Below, piece by piece: positions 40,228 through 43,300 of a stretch of DNA of 43,300 nucleotides. Position 1 is the stretch's first letter, and each line of letters starts with the position of its first letter. This DNA is from Patescibacteria group bacterium (GTDB taxonomy: Bacteria > Patescibacteriota > Minisyncoccia > Phycocordibacterales > Phycocordibacteraceae). The stretch covers positions 1 through 43,300 of the forward strand of contig SCVI01000039.1 of the NCBI GenBank assembly GCA_004296925.1. Direction: 5' to 3'. A program made the translations under genes and the position numbers. The notes under the pieces are model-generated. The model searched no databases. It saw nothing but the letters and a program-made list of their open reading frames with translations, and had not been told where the DNA came from.

Positions 40228-40334
40228 GTATCAGTTATAGTTAGCTCTCGGCGCACCTTGCGCCTTTATATATACTAATTAAAGGAGTTCGTGGTTTCAT
40301 AACCCTCCTCCCTATCAGCTATAACCTAATTCCA

Positions 40335-40910
40335 ATGTCAGTACTTTCATACAACGAAATAGTTCCTAAAAAAGTAATTGTCTACGAAGGACAACCATGC
40401 GAAGTACTTTCTTCGCATGTGTTTCGTAAACAACAACGAAAGCCAGTCAACCAAACAAAACTCCGTGGTCTTAAAACAGGTAAAGTGCTTGAAATATCTT
40501 TTCACCAAAACGAAACGGTACTCGAAGCCGATACGGAAAAACGACCTGCCAAATTTATCTACAAAAATAAAGGGGAAATTTGGTTCACTGACCCTGATGA
40601 TCCAAAAAATCGATTCCAGGTTGCAGAGGCGCTATTGAACGAAAAGGCAAAATATCTGAAACCAGACCTAGTTATTGATCTCTTATTTTGGAACGAAGAA
40701 ATTATTGACGCAGACTTCCCCATCAAAATGGAGTTTAAGGTAACGGAAGCTCCCCCATCAGTGAAAGGGGCAACTGCACAAGGTGGTAACAAGGTAGTAA
40801 CGATAGAGGGTGGCGCGACAATAAACGTACCTATGTTTATTAATGAGGGAGATATTGTTCGTATCAATACTGATACTGGAGAGTATACTGAGCGCGTAAG
40901 TAAATCATAA
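40335..40910 (+). CDS. efp: Elongation factor P
   Basis: PSVKGATA, VPMFINEGD and INTDTGEY.ER motifs; tip loop RKQQRKP. Confidence 0.95.
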   Translation: MSVLSYNEIVPKKVIVYEGQPCEVLSSHVFRKQQRKPVNQTKLRGLKTGKVLEISFHQNETVLEADTEKRPAKFIYKNKGEIWFTDPDDPKNRFQVAEALLNEKAKYLKPDLVIDLLFWNEEIIDADFPIKMEFKVTEAPPSVKGATAQGGNKVVTIEGGATINVPMFINEGDIVRINTDTGEYTERVSKS

Positions 40911-40928
40911 GGGGGCCTTTCTGCTCTG

Positions 40929-41074
40929 CTCAGTTCAGAAATGAAAGTGTGCTTTCATTTCGCTCGCTCTACGTCGGCAGTAATAACAACGCATGGGAAG
41001 GCGTTTTTGTTTCAGCCATCCTCGGCTCGGAAATGAAAACTAAGAAGCTTTCATTTCCCTCGCTCTACGTCGGC
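40929..41074 (+). repeat. Two tandem REP-like elements
   Basis: CTCRGYTCRGAAATGAAA..CTTTCATTTCSCTCGCTCTACGTCGGC at 40929-40978 and 41021-41074. Confidence 0.75.
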
Positions 41075-41089
41075 TGTAAAAGCATAATA

Positions 41090-41115
41090 AAAAATCCCCC
41101 AATGGGGGATTTTTT
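41090..41115. terminator. Bidirectional terminator between efp and rpsR
   Basis: AAAAATCCCCC-AAT-GGGGGATTTTT. Confidence 0.8.
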
Positions 41116-41117
41116 AA

Positions 41118-41309
41118 TTATCGAGCTATGTACGGGAGAAGTCCCATGAAGCGAGCTCTCTTGATAGCTTCTTCAATCTTGCGTTGATGGCTCGCAGGGA
41201 CGTTCGTGCGGCGCGATCCTTGGATACGTGCGTGAGGTGTCATAAAAGTACGCAAATACGCTACATTTTTGTAGTCTACGAACTTTGGAAGGCTTGGCAT
41301 TGTTGTCAT
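41118..41309 (-). CDS. rpsR: 30S ribosomal protein S18 (no Zn-binding Cys)
   Basis: VDYKN, HQRKI..AIKRAR.MGLLPY motifs. Confidence 0.95.
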   Translation of the reverse strand: MTTMPSLPKFVDYKNVAYLRTFMTPHARIQGSRRTNVPASHQRKIEEAIKRARFMGLLPYIAR

Positions 41310-41329
41310 AAATGTATATTTGAAATTAA

Positions 41330-41782
41330 TTAAAACGGAATATCGTCTGGGCTAATTTCTTCGCTAGGATACTCGATATCTGCTCCTTTGGCTACCCCAC
41401 CAGAATTTGGTGAAACAGGAGCTCCTTGACCGCGTACTTCGTCAGAAGAACCTCCGCCGGTCTTTGAACCAAACTGTACGCGATCAGCAACAATCTCGGT
41501 GCGATATTGTTTCGTGCCGTCCTTCTCCCACGAACGTGTTTGAAGACGTCCCTCAACAAGAACCTGCTGACCTTTCTTAAGGTATTGCGCACATGTTTCT
41601 GCTTGGCGACCAAACACAACAATGTTGTGGAATTCTGTTGCCTCTTTCTTCTCACCGTTTTGGTCTTTCCAAACACGATTCGTTGCAACTCCAAAAGAAG
41701 TAACACTTGCTCCTGAAGGAAGCGCTTTCAGTTCAGGGTCTCGTGTGAGATTACCTGCAACGAAAACTTTGTTTAAATACAT
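41330..41782 (-). CDS. ssb: Single-stranded DNA-binding protein
   Basis: GNLTRDPE and EGRLQTRSW motifs; DDIPF tail. Confidence 0.97.
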   Translation of the reverse strand: MYLNKVFVAGNLTRDPELKALPSGASVTSFGVATNRVWKDQNGEKKEATEFHNIVVFGRQAETCAQYLKKGQQVLVEGRLQTRSWEKDGTKQYRTEIVADRVQFGSKTGGGSSDEVRGQGAPVSPNSGGVAKGADIEYPSEEISPDDIPF

Positions 41783-41800
41783 AGTTAAATGCTTGAAAAA

Positions 41801-42334
41801 TTACTCAGCAACCTTAGAGTCTTCAGTTTCAATGGTTTCAAGGGCTTCATCGAGAGCAACATCTGAAACCTCTCCTTCTCCGTCTGCTTCACGTTTTGGT
41901 TTATCAATAGAACCTGTTGGTCCAAGCGGAGTTTCAACAGCGCTCAAAGCTGAGGCAACTGCATCTTTATCAGTGATAACAATCAAAGAGCGTAATACTG
42001 AAGGATGTTCATCTAGCATTATTTTAAGCTTTGCAATTCCTTTACGTGGTGCCTCAAAAGCAACCCAACCAAAGTATGCTCGGTCAAAGTTCGTCAATTT
42101 TCCTGACACTCGTTTTGAGATAGAGTATGCAAGCTCAAGACTTGATGGAAATCTATCTCCAACAAATTCTCCGCCTTCTTTCTTAATAGCTTCCATTATT
42201 CCTGACACGGTACTTGTAACCTCCTCTTCTGAAAGAGTAGGGAGAAGATGGTAGCCAACTTCATATACGTTAGTTCTAACGTCGTTCACGTCGCTCTCCA
42301 TGCCGATTTCGAGTTCATTTACCTCTGTTTCCAT
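41801..42334 (-). CDS. rpsF: 30S ribosomal protein S6 with acidic extensions
   Basis: YEVGY, LAYSI and AYF motifs; rpsF-ssb-rpsR synteny. Confidence 0.92.
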   Translation of the reverse strand: METEVNELEIGMESDVNDVRTNVYEVGYHLLPTLSEEEVTSTVSGIMEAIKKEGGEFVGDRFPSSLELAYSISKRVSGKLTNFDRAYFGWVAFEAPRKGIAKLKIMLDEHPSVLRSLIVITDKDAVASALSAVETPLGPTGSIDKPKREADGEGEVSDVALDEALETIETEDSKVAE

Positions 42335-42383
42335 TGTTTGAGGAGGTTACCATATCTGTTTTTAAGAAGCAATTGCTCGTCTT

Positions 42384-43193
42384 TCAGACATTTGATGGCG
42401 TAAAGACTCTGAGGGCATTTTGAAGCACTTTCTCTCTTGTTTCCTCAACATCAACTCCCTTAATACCCGCTATCGCTTCCACAACATATTTCACATAATG
42501 AGGCTCATTTCTACTCCCTCTAAAAGGTACCGGTGTTGCAAAAGGAGCGTCTGTCTCGGTAAGTAGCATAGAAAGAGGTGCAAATCGGACAACGTCATCA
42601 TAATCATGTGTAAACGTAAGCACTCCTGTAAACGACGTAGTGAAGCCGATTTCATAAAACCTCCGTGCTACTTCTACATTTCCTACAAAAAAATGCACGT
42701 TCCCTCGAAGCTTCTCCCCCACTTCCCGCACACGTGCTTCTAGTACGTTCAGAATGTCTTCATATGCATCAACAGTACCTTTTGTTGGTCTGCAGTGAAT
42801 CATGAGTGGTTTATTGTATGTAATGGCACACTCCATTTGTTTCTCAAACTCAGCCTGCTGTCGTTTTTTCTCAGTATCCAAGTCCCCTACTAATCGATAG
42901 TAGTCATACCCACATTCGCCTATACCAATAACTTTTGGGTTTACCAAAAGTTCCCGATACTCACTTTCCACAAACTGTTCTTTAGGTGCGTCCGTTGGAT
43001 GCAACCCTACAATCGAATAGAAATTATCTTTGCCTTCCCCAAAACGTACCGCTTCTTTAGAGGTCGCGAGATTTACTCCAACGGTTGCTGTTAAGACACC
43101 GTTCTCATACATGCGCATTAGTACGGCATCAATATCGCTTTCGTAATCTTTAAACGTTACGTGCGAATGAACATCAAAATACTTTGGAATCAT
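42384..43193 (-). CDS. tatD: TatD family deoxyribonuclease
   Basis: DVHSH, GLHP, IGECGYDY, IHCR and ETDAPF motifs. Confidence 0.95.
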   Translation of the reverse strand: MIPKYFDVHSHVTFKDYESDIDAVLMRMYENGVLTATVGVNLATSKEAVRFGEGKDNFYSIVGLHPTDAPKEQFVESEYRELLVNPKVIGIGECGYDYYRLVGDLDTEKKRQQAEFEKQMECAITYNKPLMIHCRPTKGTVDAYEDILNVLEARVREVGEKLRGNVHFFVGNVEVARRFYEIGFTTSFTGVLTFTHDYDDVVRFAPLSMLLTETDAPFATPVPFRGSRNEPHYVKYVVEAIAGIKGVDVEETREKVLQNALRVFTPSNV

Positions 43194-43300
43194 ATGAGTC
43201 GCGGACTGCCTTCGCGAGACGCTTCGACAAGCCGAGGAAAGAGATTTTCTGGTTTTTTGTTTTCACGTACTGCCTTAAGAATATTTTCACTGGTCTCCGG
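43190..43300 (-). CDS. metG: 3' end of probable methionyl-tRNA synthetase (PETSENILKAVRENKKPENLFPRL...)
   Basis: PET...LFPRL anticodon-domain tail; ATGA overlap with tatD; common metG-tatD synteny. Confidence 0.7.
   Translation of the reverse strand, partial: PETSENILKAVRENKKPENLFPRLVEASREGSPRLI

Overview
Core-genome segment of a Patescibacteria/CPR bacterium, most likely Parcubacteria (inferred from the 16S 3' end, unlinked rRNA genes, EF-P loop, archaeal-type PyrH and gene repertoire). From left to right it holds: a polyamine cluster (agmatine deiminase, deoxyhypusine-synthase-like enzyme, arginine decarboxylase) interrupted by a tRNA-Gln-like gene and accessory ORFs; a solo 16S rRNA gene; pyrH, secDF and folD; a small glycan cluster and rodA; a separate 23S-5S unit carrying an L2593 group I intron and hairpin insertions; rplJL; a REP-associated tyrosine transposase; a 1160-aa S-layer-like protein with a long structured leader; and ftsK-recA, an ECF sigma factor, efp, rpsF-ssb-rpsR, tatD and the end of metG. 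The most unusual signals are non-coding: (i) a synonymous-codon-recoded duplicate of the rplL 3' end, each copy folded back on its own antisense; (ii) similar target-antisense or target-duplication structures at the 5S 3' end, the intron 5' splice site and the tRNA anticodon arm; (iii) a 79-nt-period covarying RNA repeat plus an rRNA-type boxA in the S-layer-like leader; (iv) a MITE translated in frame inside folD; (v) loss of the anti-Shine-Dalgarno sequence alongside many leaderless genes; and (vi) a perfect 40-bp palindrome. All assignments come from reading the sequence; no database searches were run.
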